Origin: Methanofastidiosum sp.
Lineage (GTDB): Archaea; Methanobacteriota_B; Thermococci; Methanofastidiosales; Methanofastidiosaceae
NCBI GenBank assembly: GCA_035362715.1
Contig: DAOSDU010000007.1
Location: forward strand, 16,974-80,973
Length of the DNA: 64,000 nucleotides
Direction of reading: 5' to 3'
Shown here: piece by piece, positions 28,886 through 39,014 of the stretch
Position numbering within the stretch: the stretch's first letter is position 1
How the letters are laid out: each line of letters opens with the position of its first letter
Notes under the pieces: model-generated
The model's database searches: none
The model's input: only the letters and a program-made list of their open reading frames with translations
What the model was told of the DNA's origin: nothing
Translations under genes and position numbers: made by a program

Positions 28886-31174
28886 ATGGCAGTTTCTGAG
28901 GGTTATAATTATGATAAGGGTGGTAGTACTGATTATGCAGAAGAGCCATTAAATTTGTCAGATAATGCGATAAAAGTATTAGAAAGGAGATATCTAAAAA
29001 AGGATCAAGAAGGAAATGTCATAGAAACTCCAAATGATCTCTTTTTAAGAGTATCAAAAAGTATCGCAATAGCTGATTTACTTTATGACGAAAATGCAGA
29101 TGTTGACGGATTAACTAAAGAGTTTTATGAAATGATGACAAATTTTGAGTTCCTTCCAAATTCACCTACATTGATGAACGCCGGGAGAGAACTTGGCCAA
29201 TTATCGGCATGTTTTGTTTTGCCTGTTGAAGATTCAATTGATAGTATCTTTGACGCAATAAAATACACAGCTTTGATCCACAAAAGTGGTGGCGGAACAG
29301 GCTTTTCATTCTCAAGACTCAGACCTAAAAATGATGTAGTCCTGACAACTAAAGGTATATCAAGTGGCCCAGTTTCCTTTATGACGGTATTTGACACAGC
29401 TACAGAAACGATAAAACAGGGTGGAACAAGAAGAGGGGCCAATATGGCAATTTTGAGGGTGGACCACCCTGATATCCTAGAATTCATTAAATGTAAAGAA
29501 GAGAATACTAAACTTAATAATTTTAATATATCCGTGGCGATTACAGATAAGTTCATAGAAGCATTTGAAAATGGAAAAGACTATGAACTTTTAAATCCAA
29601 GAACGGGGAAAGTAGACGGTAAATTAAGTGCAAAAGAAGTTTTTAATCTAATAGTGCATATGGCTTGGAAAAATGGAGAACCCGGCATAGTATTTATCGA
29701 TAGGCTAAACAGAGGGAATCCAACTCCCGCTATAGGTGAAATTGAAAGTACTAACCCCTGCGGAGAACAACCTCTCCTCCCTTATGAATCTTGTAATCTT
29801 GGTTCTATAAATCTTTCAAAATTTTTAAAGAAAACTAATAAAGGATATGAAATAGATTTTGACCATTTAAGAGAAGTTGTAAAGAAGTCTGTCCATTTCC
29901 TAGATAATGTTATTGATGTTAATAGATATCCTTTGGCTCAAATTGAAGACATGACAAAAGGCAACAGGAAAATAGGATTAGGAGTCATGGGATTTGCAGA
30001 CATGCTTCTAAAACTAGGGGTACCATACAATTCAGAAGATGCAGTCGATCTTGCAAAAATCGTAATGAAGTTCGTTAAAGAAGAAGCTACTGAAACTTCA
30101 AGAGAACTTGCTTCAAAGAGGGGACCTTTTCCAAATTTTGAAAATAGTGTATTTCATGACAGAAGAGAAATGCCAATTAGAAATGCCACTGTAACTACAA
30201 TAGCACCAACTGGTACTATAAGTCTCATAGCAGGTAGCTCCAGTGGAATAGAGCCTATATTCGCAATATCCTACATCCGAAATGTTATGGATAAAGATGA
30301 GCTTTTAGAGATTAATCCTGTTTTTGCAGAAATATCCAATGAGCGAGGAATTTACAATCAAGAGCTAATGAAGAGAATTGCAAGGGAAGGTACTTTAAAG
30401 AATATAGAAGAAATACCTGAAGACATTAAAAAAATATTTGTAACTGCTCACGATATTGTTCCAGAATGGCATATAAGAATTCAAGCGGCATTTCAAGAGT
30501 ACACCGATAACGCAGTTTCAAAAACCATTAATTTTCCAAAAAGTGCAACTGAAAAGGATGTCATGCAAGCTTATCTATTAGCTTACAGAAGTGGGCTCAA
30601 GGGAACTACTATATATAGGGATGGATCTAGAGACGAACAAGTTTTGAATATTGGGAAAGTTAATAAAAAAGAAACTTCTATCCAAAAAGCCCCAAGGCCA
30701 AGACCAAAAGTAACTAAAGGATTCACTGAAAAGATAAGAACTGGTTGCGGTAATCTTTATGTTACTATAAACGAGGATGAATATGGGCTTTGCGAAATAT
30801 TTATGCAAATGGGTAAATCTGGAGGTTGTCCCGCAAGTCAGAATGAAGCAATAGCAAGGTTAATATCATTGGCCTTGAGATCTGGAATAGGAATTGAGTC
30901 TATATTGGAGCAGTTAAGACATATCAGATGTCCAATGCCTACATGGGACGAGGGTATGCCAGTTCATTCTTGTGCCGATGCAATAGCTATAGTTTTGGAT
31001 AGGTATATTAAGAAAGAACTAAACACAAAACAAGAAAGACTAGATTTGGTAGTAACCTCAAACGGGACAGCTAATAGTAATGGAATGCCAGCGCAATGTC
31101 CAGAATGTGGTGAAGTATTAGTATTCTCTGAAGGTTGTGTAAGCTGCAAATGTTGTGGATATACAAAATGTTAA
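28886..31174 (+). CDS. nrdJ: adenosylcobalamin-dependent ribonucleotide reductase (class II)
   Basis: NPCGEQ active-site loop; C-terminal Cys pairs (CPECG…CVSCKCCGY). Confidence 0.9.
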   Translation: MAVSEGYNYDKGGSTDYAEEPLNLSDNAIKVLERRYLKKDQEGNVIETPNDLFLRVSKSIAIADLLYDENADVDGLTKEFYEMMTNFEFLPNSPTLMNAGRELGQLSACFVLPVEDSIDSIFDAIKYTALIHKSGGGTGFSFSRLRPKNDVVLTTKGISSGPVSFMTVFDTATETIKQGGTRRGANMAILRVDHPDILEFIKCKEENTKLNNFNISVAITDKFIEAFENGKDYELLNPRTGKVDGKLSAKEVFNLIVHMAWKNGEPGIVFIDRLNRGNPTPAIGEIESTNPCGEQPLLPYESCNLGSINLSKFLKKTNKGYEIDFDHLREVVKKSVHFLDNVIDVNRYPLAQIEDMTKGNRKIGLGVMGFADMLLKLGVPYNSEDAVDLAKIVMKFVKEEATETSRELASKRGPFPNFENSVFHDRREMPIRNATVTTIAPTGTISLIAGSSSGIEPIFAISYIRNVMDKDELLEINPVFAEISNERGIYNQELMKRIAREGTLKNIEEIPEDIKKIFVTAHDIVPEWHIRIQAAFQEYTDNAVSKTINFPKSATEKDVMQAYLLAYRSGLKGTTIYRDGSRDEQVLNIGKVNKKETSIQKAPRPRPKVTKGFTEKIRTGCGNLYVTINEDEYGLCEIFMQMGKSGGCPASQNEAIARLISLALRSGIGIESILEQLRHIRCPMPTWDEGMPVHSCADAIAIVLDRYIKKELNTKQERLDLVVTSNGTANSNGMPAQCPECGEVLVFSEGCVSCKCCGYTKC

Positions 31175-31316
31175 ATTCCATTTTTATTTTCATAATTTAT
31201 ATTTAGAATAATTCTTATATCAATTAGTTCAATATATTTTAATTTTTATAGATAATTCTTAATTTAAATAAGAAAGCTTAAAAACTATTATCTCTAAATA
31301 TGCTAAAGGAATCCTA

Positions 31317-32849
31317 ATGAGAAGCTTCTATCGAAAACGGCCTAGAATACACTTAAAACAAAATTTAATTATTAAAAAAAATGAAAAAGATAATGCCTTA
31401 GATTTAGATGAATACACACCTAAAAACGATTCTAAAAAAATCAATAGGAATACAACCCAAGAAATATCTTCAAGTAATAATGTTAATGGGAGAAATTATT
31501 CTAATAAATTTGATATTTTGGTGATTGAAGATAATCTTGAAATATTAGAAATGTTAAAAGATACTTTGGAGTCAGTCACTCATTACAATTTTAATGTAAC
31601 TTGTTCACAAAATGCTGAAGAAGCAATGGAAAAAATAGAAAACTCTAATTTTGATTTAATAATATCTGATAACGTCTTGCCTGGAATGTCAGGAATAGAT
31701 CTTTTGACAAAGGTAAAGGATCAGTATCCTTCCATATTAAGAATTTTAATAACTGGGTATTCTGATTTAGAAGTTGTAAAAGATGCAATTAACAGGGCTG
31801 CTGTAAATGCATACATTGAAAAACCATTTGGCTACAAAGAACTAACTGAAAAAGTAATTGACATATTAAAGGAAAAAAATGTTCTTCAAAGAAGACAAGA
31901 TTTAACTTCTTTGGAAAAAATTTATGAATCAGAAGGTGGACCCGAATTCTTTAGTTCTCTATTTTCCTTTACCCCAAAAGATTGTGAAATCCATACTGTC
32001 GTAGAAAAGAGTGAAGAAGATTTAGCGATTAAATACAGTCAAGAAAGAATTGATGTACTTTCAAATTATGGCATAATAAAAAAAGTGAAGAATCTTCCAC
32101 TAATTATCAAATGCCCAAATTGCCAATCATATGACTATAAAATTGTTTTAAAATGTCCTTCGTGTACATCTGAAAATTTAGTAAAAGGAGAGATTATTGA
32201 ACATTACAGTTGCTCTACTATTAATTTTTCCAATAAATTTATGAAAGAGGGCAAACTTATTTGTCCAAAATGTAACCAAGAATTAAGGAGACTCGGGGTA
32301 GATTATAGAAAAATTGGAAATTGGGTATTCTGTGAGAAATGTAGTGATTTTTATGGCGAAGCAAATATTAGTCTAAGATGCAACAGTTGTAAAACACTTT
32401 ATACAGTAAATGAATCAATTTGGGAAGAAGAGGAGAAAATTGTTCCCGACAGAGCAAAAATATTGAAATTAATAAGGAGACTAAGTATTCTGAGCGAAAT
32501 AGAAAAAGAATTGAGAGATAAAGGATTAGATGTTAGGAGGAATATACTACTTAATCATAAGGGCATTGAAAAGAAATTTGATATGGGTGCCTTTAGAGAC
32601 CTGAAAGACGAAGATCCTTTTGTGGTTTTTGATATTTATATTGACCCACGAGGTATTTTTTCAGATGAAATAAAAACATTTTATAATAAAACTAAAGACA
32701 TAAATTATGCTAAAGCTTTTTTTGTTGCAGTTCCTAAAATAGATAATAGTTATAAAAAAACTTTTAATGATTTAAAAATTAACACTATTGAGATTGATGA
32801 TTCAAGTTCTGTTATTGAAGCTTTTGAATCATTGGAATTACCTTCATAA
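31317..32849 (+). CDS. response regulator: low-complexity N-term, CheY-like receiver, C-terminal Cys-pair-rich (zinc-ribbon-like) output domain
   Basis: Receiver motifs ILVIEDN…DLIISDNVLPGMSG…KPF; CxxC pairs CPNC, CPSC, CPKC, CEKC, CNSC. Confidence 0.7.
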   Translation: MRSFYRKRPRIHLKQNLIIKKNEKDNALDLDEYTPKNDSKKINRNTTQEISSSNNVNGRNYSNKFDILVIEDNLEILEMLKDTLESVTHYNFNVTCSQNAEEAMEKIENSNFDLIISDNVLPGMSGIDLLTKVKDQYPSILRILITGYSDLEVVKDAINRAAVNAYIEKPFGYKELTEKVIDILKEKNVLQRRQDLTSLEKIYESEGGPEFFSSLFSFTPKDCEIHTVVEKSEEDLAIKYSQERIDVLSNYGIIKKVKNLPLIIKCPNCQSYDYKIVLKCPSCTSENLVKGEIIEHYSCSTINFSNKFMKEGKLICPKCNQELRRLGVDYRKIGNWVFCEKCSDFYGEANISLRCNSCKTLYTVNESIWEEEEKIVPDRAKILKLIRRLSILSEIEKELRDKGLDVRRNILLNHKGIEKKFDMGAFRDLKDEDPFVVFDIYIDPRGIFSDEIKTFYNKTKDINYAKAFFVAVPKIDNSYKKTFNDLKINTIEIDDSSSVIEAFESLELPS

Positions 32850-32871
32850 ATGCACAGCCTTAGTGAAATAG

Positions 32872-34134
32872 ATGATATTAGAAATAATAGAAAAATACTT
32901 TGAGTTTTTTGGATTTTCACTTATTACGGGTATCCAAATGTCTTTATTTCTAATATTACTTGATAGTACTCGAAGCATAGTTAAAACTATCTTCATTATA
33001 CTAGGGAGAATTAGAGAAATCCTAAATCCCCTACCAGAACTAAAATTTCTACCTTCTATCTCCATAATTGTACCCATGCATAACGAAGAATCAAAGATTG
33101 AAGAATGTATTCTTTCTTTGATAGAGGCTAGTTATCCGGCAGATATAAAGGAGATTATTATAATCGATGACGGCTCAACGGATAGGTCATATTACAAATC
33201 TTTACCTTATGCAAGACGTGGCCAGATAAAACTTTTTAAAAGAGAAACAAAGAGTGGCTCTAAAAGCGGTGCAATAAATTATGGATTATTAATTGCAAAA
33301 CACGAGATTGTTATAGTAGTGGATGCAGATACAAAACTAGAGATAGATTCACTAATTGAAATAGTAAAACCGTTCTCAGATAAAGATGTAATGGCAGTTG
33401 CTGGAAATATTAAGGTTGAAAATAGAAATAATATTCTTGCAAATTGTCAAGCTTATGAGTATACGATGTCAATGGAAATTGGTAAAAGAATACAGTCACT
33501 TTTTAGAACAATACTTATAGTCCCGGGAGCCTTTGGTGCATTTCGAATGAATTTTGTTAGTACAGTCGGAGACTATGACTATGATACTGTAACTGAAGAC
33601 TTTGATTTAACATTTAAGGTATTGAAAAGGGCAAAAGTCTTTTTTGCCCCAGACGCCATAGCATGGACAATATGCCCAGATAAATTAACTACCTGGTATC
33701 GCCAAAGAGTCAGGTGGTCAAGAGGGGAAATTGAAACTCTTTGGAAGCATAGGGACCTTTTCTTTAGAAAGCATTTTGGATTTTTAGGAATGGTGGCAGC
33801 GCCAGATATGGTATTAATGGATATTGTTTTCTTAAGCCTTAGATTTGTTAATATTTTATTCATATTGTTAGTTTTACCTGTTCTATTTACTTTTGATAAA
33901 TACTTCGAGTATCTTATTTTTTATTTTAGGGTTTCTTTGATGATATTTTGTTCTTACATGATATTTGAATTAATATCCGTTTTAACTGCTTTAGTAGTTG
34001 TAAAAGAGAAGAAGGACCTTTCCTATTTTCTAATTTCTCCAATAATTATCATTTTCTATAGGCCTTTGTATGCATTTGTTAGATTCAAAGGATATTTAGA
34101 TTTTATCTTTAGGAGAGATCCAGTGTGGAGATAA
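32872..34134 (+). CDS. processive family-2 glycosyltransferase (cellulose/chitin-synthase-like), membrane-embedded
   Basis: DDGSTD and VVDADT motifs; QRVRWSRG (QxxRW) motif; N- and C-terminal TM helices. Confidence 0.75.
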   Translation: MILEIIEKYFEFFGFSLITGIQMSLFLILLDSTRSIVKTIFIILGRIREILNPLPELKFLPSISIIVPMHNEESKIEECILSLIEASYPADIKEIIIIDDGSTDRSYYKSLPYARRGQIKLFKRETKSGSKSGAINYGLLIAKHEIVIVVDADTKLEIDSLIEIVKPFSDKDVMAVAGNIKVENRNNILANCQAYEYTMSMEIGKRIQSLFRTILIVPGAFGAFRMNFVSTVGDYDYDTVTEDFDLTFKVLKRAKVFFAPDAIAWTICPDKLTTWYRQRVRWSRGEIETLWKHRDLFFRKHFGFLGMVAAPDMVLMDIVFLSLRFVNILFILLVLPVLFTFDKYFEYLIFYFRVSLMIFCSYMIFELISVLTALVVVKEKKDLSYFLISPIIIIFYRPLYAFVRFKGYLDFIFRRDPVWR

Positions 34135-34142
34135 GTTAAATT

Positions 34143-34547
34143 TTATTTATCTATTACTTCTTTAATGAATTCTATGTATTCATTTATGTTCATTAAATTT
34201 ATTTTTTCATCAAGGTCTGAGGATTTAATCTTGCATATCCATGAATCGTATGGTTTAGTATTCAAAAGATCGGGCGAATTTTCAATTTCTTTATTAGTTT
34301 CTATTATTGTTCCAGACATAGGGGAAAAAATATCCAACACAGTCTTAACAGATTCGATTTGGCATAATAATCCAAATTGTTTGACATTAGTACCTATTGC
34401 AGGAAGTTCGATATAAGCTATTTCTCCTATCTCCCTTTGAGAATAATCATCTATCCCGATAATACATATATCGCCTTCAATTTTCATCCATTCATGTGTT
34501 TTAGAGTAAAATAAATCATCTCTAAAGAAATATGTTCCTATCTCCAA
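34143..34547 (-). CDS. gcvH: glycine cleavage H-protein-like lipoyl carrier
   Basis: ESVKT lipoyl-lysine motif followed by SPMSG. Confidence 0.7.
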   Translation of the reverse strand: MEIGTYFFRDDLFYSKTHEWMKIEGDICIIGIDDYSQREIGEIAYIELPAIGTNVKQFGLLCQIESVKTVLDIFSPMSGTIIETNKEIENSPDLLNTKPYDSWICKIKSSDLDEKINLMNINEYIEFIKEVIDK

Positions 34548-34663
34548 ATAAACACCAGCCTTTTCTCTTCTTTTTTACTTAAATCTTTATCGATAATTAT
34601 TAATATTCTAAAGAGCAAACATTTATAAATATTATGAATAATTATTCATAAAGAGGTGTATCT

Positions 34664-35011
34664 ATGAAGGTAGCCATAGCAACTGACGACAAAGTGACTA
34701 TATCTCATCACTTTGGTAGAACTCTGGGGTTCAGAGTTTTTGAAATAAAAGAAAACGCCATAATTAGAGAAGAATACCGACAAAATATTGGAAAAAGTAA
34801 CGGGCAGTGTGGCAGTTGTGACCATTCAAGTATGATTAATAACATACAAGACTGTAATTTAGTCATATGTTATGGAATGGGGCAAGGAATATATAATGAC
34901 TTAGTTAAACATAACATAATGGCTGTAATCACTGAGGAACAAACAGTAGATGACGCCATTAGTTGCCTAATGAAAGATGACTTAGTAAACAGACTTGACA
35001 AATTGCATTAA
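34664..35011 (+). CDS. dinitrogenase FeMo-cofactor-binding (NifX/NafY-like) domain protein
   Basis: MKVAIATDD…HFG pattern of the PF02579 family, 115 aa. Confidence 0.55.
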   Translation: MKVAIATDDKVTISHHFGRTLGFRVFEIKENAIIREEYRQNIGKSNGQCGSCDHSSMINNIQDCNLVICYGMGQGIYNDLVKHNIMAVITEEQTVDDAISCLMKDDLVNRLDKLH

Positions 35012-35123
35012 TGAATTATTAAATATTTTTTTATTTATATTTTATATCTAATTAGGTACCATACTTGGGGTATTAAAAATATATTTAAATAATACTCCAT
35101 TTTTGTATTTAGAGACGATTTAT

Positions 35124-36479
35124 ATGAAACTTGTAATTGTTGGGGGAGGCGCAGCAGGTTCAGAAGCAGCGCTAGAAGCAAGGAAATTTGATAAAAATGC
35201 AGAAATTACATTAATTGAAAAACAAAATTTTCCCCAATATTCATTATGCGGCCTCCCATATGCGGTATCTGGCGATATCGAAAACTTTGATAAGCTTATA
35301 ATATTTCCAAAAGAATTCTATGAAAAACAAAAAATTAAACTTTTGCTCCAAAAGGAAATTAAGAAAATAAATCCCAATGATAAAAAAGTAATTCTTGAAG
35401 ATAATTCTGAAATAAGCTATGATTCGTTGATTCTGGCAACTGGCGCTATCCCCTGCAATTATAAAATTGGCTATAAATATCCCGAAGGTATCTATTTCAT
35501 AAGAACTCTAGATGATGCAATAAATCTATCTAAAAAAATAGAAGCTTCAAAAAAAGCAATTATATATGCATACGGATGGGGGTGCAAAGCAGCATGTAAA
35601 GGGTGCATTTCTGGCAGAATATCCTTAGAAATGGCGTATGCTCTGAAGAATAGAGGGCTTGATGTAACTATTGTTTCTAACGAAAATAGGCCATTAAGAC
35701 AGCAGATCGATATGGACATGAGTGAATTAATTGTAGATTATTTGAAGGGCAAAGGTATAAATCTGATAACCGATAAGAATGTTATTAATATAGCTGGCGA
35801 GGATAAAGTTCAAGGCTTGATTGCCGACAATGAATTAATAGATGCAGACATCATCATAATGGCTTCTGGAACCAGAACAAATACTTATTTAGCTAAAGAT
35901 TGTGGAATTGAGATTCAAAAAGGAATAAAAACAGATTCAAGACTTCAAACATCAATTGGTGGCATATATGCTTGCGGGGATTGCGCAAGCGTTAAATATT
36001 TTTTCACAGGTGAGCAATTTTCTTCAAGCCTAGGAACAAATGCTGTTAGGGGTGGAAAAATTGCTGGAATAAATTCTGTTGGGGGAAATTTAGAATTAAA
36101 TCCCGTAATTAATCTTACAATAATGGATTTCTTCGATTTAAAAATTGGGGCATTTGGATTAACAGAAGATAATTTATCTACTATGGGGATAGAATACGTC
36201 AAGGCTAGATACAAAGGTAAGTCTAGGGCAGAATATTATCCGGGATATAAAGATATAATTATCAAAATTCTAGCGTCTACTGAAGGTGATATATTGGGAT
36301 TCCAAGCTATAGGCGAAGAAGGTATATTTGCTAGAACACTTGCAGTAGGGTTTGCTGTTCAAAAAGGTATTAAGATCAATGATTTGGCGAAAATCGAGAA
36401 TTGTTATAGCCCACCTTTGTCTCCAACTATAGATCCTGTTCAAATTTGTGCTGAACTTGTACTTAAAAAATTAAAATAA
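35124..36479 (+). CDS. FAD-dependent NADH oxidase / CoA-disulfide reductase family
   Basis: GGGAAG FAD motif; redox Cys in YSLCGLPY; start moved to ATG 35124. Confidence 0.75.
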   Translation: MKLVIVGGGAAGSEAALEARKFDKNAEITLIEKQNFPQYSLCGLPYAVSGDIENFDKLIIFPKEFYEKQKIKLLLQKEIKKINPNDKKVILEDNSEISYDSLILATGAIPCNYKIGYKYPEGIYFIRTLDDAINLSKKIEASKKAIIYAYGWGCKAACKGCISGRISLEMAYALKNRGLDVTIVSNENRPLRQQIDMDMSELIVDYLKGKGINLITDKNVINIAGEDKVQGLIADNELIDADIIIMASGTRTNTYLAKDCGIEIQKGIKTDSRLQTSIGGIYACGDCASVKYFFTGEQFSSSLGTNAVRGGKIAGINSVGGNLELNPVINLTIMDFFDLKIGAFGLTEDNLSTMGIEYVKARYKGKSRAEYYPGYKDIIIKILASTEGDILGFQAIGEEGIFARTLAVGFAVQKGIKINDLAKIENCYSPPLSPTIDPVQICAELVLKKLK

Positions 36480-36491
36480 TTTATATTTTTC

Positions 36492-37037
36492 CTAAGTTCC
36501 CCATCTTTTGAATAAATTGTTTTCTACACCAACTTGATCTAAAATCCTTCCAACTACAAAATTTGTAATTTCATCTATATTTTTGGGCTTATGGTAGAAA
36601 GCTGGCATTGCAGGTAGTATAACGGCACCCTCGTCAGATAGAGTTGCCATGTTTTTTAGATTTATTGAAGTCAAGGGTGTTTCTCGTGGAACAATAACCA
36701 ATTTTCTTTTTTCTTTTAGAGATACAGCTGCAGCTCTGGTAATCAGATTATCTTGAATACCTACGGCTATCTTGGAAATAGTTGAAATTGTAGCGGGGCA
36801 TATGACCATATAATCAAACGGGTAGCTCCCCGAAGCAACAGGCGCTTCCATTTCACTATTTTTGTATACTTTGTATGCATATTTATTTAATTTATCTGAC
36901 TCATAATTTGTTTCATCCTTAATTATTTTCTTTGCACTTTCACTTACAATTAAATGCACGTTGCCTTTCAAATTTTCCAACAATTTGATGCCGTATATAA
37001 CTCCACTTGCACCAGTTATCGCAAGAATTCCTTCCAT
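36492..37037 (-). CDS. ubiX: flavin prenyltransferase UbiX (PAD1 family)
   Basis: MEGILAITGASGVIYG N-terminal signature; start trimmed to second Met. Confidence 0.8.
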   Translation of the reverse strand: MEGILAITGASGVIYGIKLLENLKGNVHLIVSESAKKIIKDETNYESDKLNKYAYKVYKNSEMEAPVASGSYPFDYMVICPATISTISKIAVGIQDNLITRAAAVSLKEKRKLVIVPRETPLTSINLKNMATLSDEGAVILPAMPAFYHKPKNIDEITNFVVGRILDQVGVENNLFKRWGT

Positions 37038-37160
37038 AAAATACATATGAATTGTAACTATTAAAGATTTACCTTTCTAAAATAAGGAATCTATTCCGAA
37101 AGTTATATAAGTTACACATCAAGATTGCTTCTATAATATAATCTTTTTAATGGTGAATCT

Positions 37161-39005
37161 ATGCGGATTCTTTTAATACATAGTGACTATTTAGAGTATG
37201 AAATTACTTCAAAGACAAAAATAGCTGAGGAGATTGAAGATTCTTTAAAGAAAGGCAGAATGGAAGATTGTCTTTCGGTCTTCGTTGCTGTTGAAGAAGG
37301 TGACGATGATTCTGTGATTGATAAAGCATTTAATGAAGTTGCAGAAGTATCAAAATCTGTTAAATCAGAAAAAGTTTTTCTGTATCCATATGCGCATTTA
37401 AGCAATAATCTCGCATCTCCTGAAATAGCTATCAAATTATTGAAAGATCTAGAAAATAAATTAAAAACAGAATATGAGGTAAAAAGGGCACCTTTTGGTT
37501 ACTATAAAGCCTTTAAAGTATCATGTAAAGGCCATCCTCTATCTGAACTTTCTAGGAGTATTAAGTCTCAAGAAGACACCGAGGTCGTATCTGAAGCTTT
37601 GAAAGCTGAGGAAAGAATTAAATCTAGCTGGTTTATACTTGATCCTTCCTTAAATCTTATACCCCAAGAAAAGTTTGATTTTAAAAATCACGATAGCCTC
37701 AAAAAATTAGCAGAATATGAAGTTACTCACTCTAGGAAAGTCGATATGGTTCCACCGCATGTTGAATACATGAAAAATTTAGAGCTTGTTGATTATGAAA
37801 AAGGTTCAGACCCTGGAAATTTGAGGTGGTACCCAAAAGGTGTTCTAATTAAGAGGTTATTAGAAACTCGGGTTAACGATAGCATACTAGAATACGGGGG
37901 AATGGAAGTAGAAACACCGATAATGTACAGTATTACTCATCCAATGCTTTCTAAGTACCTAAATAGATTTCCGGCAAGGCAATATATAGTTAAATCGGGA
38001 AATGATGATTATTTCTTAAGATTTGCAGCATGTTTTGGCCAATATCTCATGAAACATGACATGATAATTTCTTACAAAGATCTTCCACTTAGATTATACG
38101 AATTAACACGTTACAGCTTCAGAAGAGAACAAAGGGGCGAGCTAGTAGGCTTAAGAAGATTAAGGGCTTTTACTATGCCAGATATGCATACTCTTGCTAC
38201 ATCCATGGACAGTGCAAAGAATGAGTTTATCGAGCAATTTAAATTATCGATGAAATGGATGGAAGGACTTAATTTAAATTATGAAGTTGCTATAAGATTT
38301 GTAAAATCATTTTATGACGAAAATACAGAATTTGTGGAAAGGCTTATGTCATTAATCAATAGGCCAGTTTTAGTTGAAATGTGGGATGAAAGGCCATTCT
38401 ATTTCGTGATGAAATTTGAGTTTAATTTTGTCGATTCCTTAAATAAAGCTTCAGCTCTTTCCACTGTTCAAATTGATATAGAAAATACAGAAAGATTTGA
38501 AATCAAATATTTTGACGAAGATGGAAAAGAAAAATACCCTTTGATGTTGCATGCTTCAATTTCAGGTGCAATTGAGAGAAATCTTTACGCACTTCTTGAA
38601 ACAGCATACTTAGAGTCTAAGAAAGGTAAGAAACCAATGCTTCCATTGTGGTTATCTCCTACCCAAGTAAGAGTTCTTCCTGTAGGCGAAGAGCAACTGG
38701 AATACTCATTCAAAATCTTGGAAGATTTAGAAAAATCAGGAATAAGGACCGATATAGATGATAGAGATTTGAGGCTTGGTAAGAAAATAAGAGATGCTGA
38801 AAAAGAGTGGGTTCCATATATTATAGTTATAGGTGATGAGGAAATTAAGAATTCCACAATTAACATTAGATCTAGAGAAGATTCATCTCAGAAGAATACT
38901 TCTGTAAATGAATTCAAAGCTAGCTTCTTAGATCTTATTAAAGGAAAACCAACAAGACCTTTACCTCTACCAAGAAGACTTTCTTTAAGAGCTAGTTTTA
39001 GGTAG
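37161..39005 (+). CDS. thrS: threonyl-tRNA synthetase, archaeal type with N-terminal editing domain
   Basis: Archaeal editing-domain N-terminus MRILLIHSDY; class II aaRS core. Confidence 0.9.
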   Translation: MRILLIHSDYLEYEITSKTKIAEEIEDSLKKGRMEDCLSVFVAVEEGDDDSVIDKAFNEVAEVSKSVKSEKVFLYPYAHLSNNLASPEIAIKLLKDLENKLKTEYEVKRAPFGYYKAFKVSCKGHPLSELSRSIKSQEDTEVVSEALKAEERIKSSWFILDPSLNLIPQEKFDFKNHDSLKKLAEYEVTHSRKVDMVPPHVEYMKNLELVDYEKGSDPGNLRWYPKGVLIKRLLETRVNDSILEYGGMEVETPIMYSITHPMLSKYLNRFPARQYIVKSGNDDYFLRFAACFGQYLMKHDMIISYKDLPLRLYELTRYSFRREQRGELVGLRRLRAFTMPDMHTLATSMDSAKNEFIEQFKLSMKWMEGLNLNYEVAIRFVKSFYDENTEFVERLMSLINRPVLVEMWDERPFYFVMKFEFNFVDSLNKASALSTVQIDIENTERFEIKYFDEDGKEKYPLMLHASISGAIERNLYALLETAYLESKKGKKPMLPLWLSPTQVRVLPVGEEQLEYSFKILEDLEKSGIRTDIDDRDLRLGKKIRDAEKEWVPYIIVIGDEEIKNSTINIRSREDSSQKNTSVNEFKASFLDLIKGKPTRPLPLPRRLSLRASFR

Positions 39006-39014
39006 GATTATAAA

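Noticed and set aside
28886-31174. Checked the 762-aa class II RNR for an intein
   Set aside because: The length is normal for monomeric NrdJ and there are no intein block motifs.
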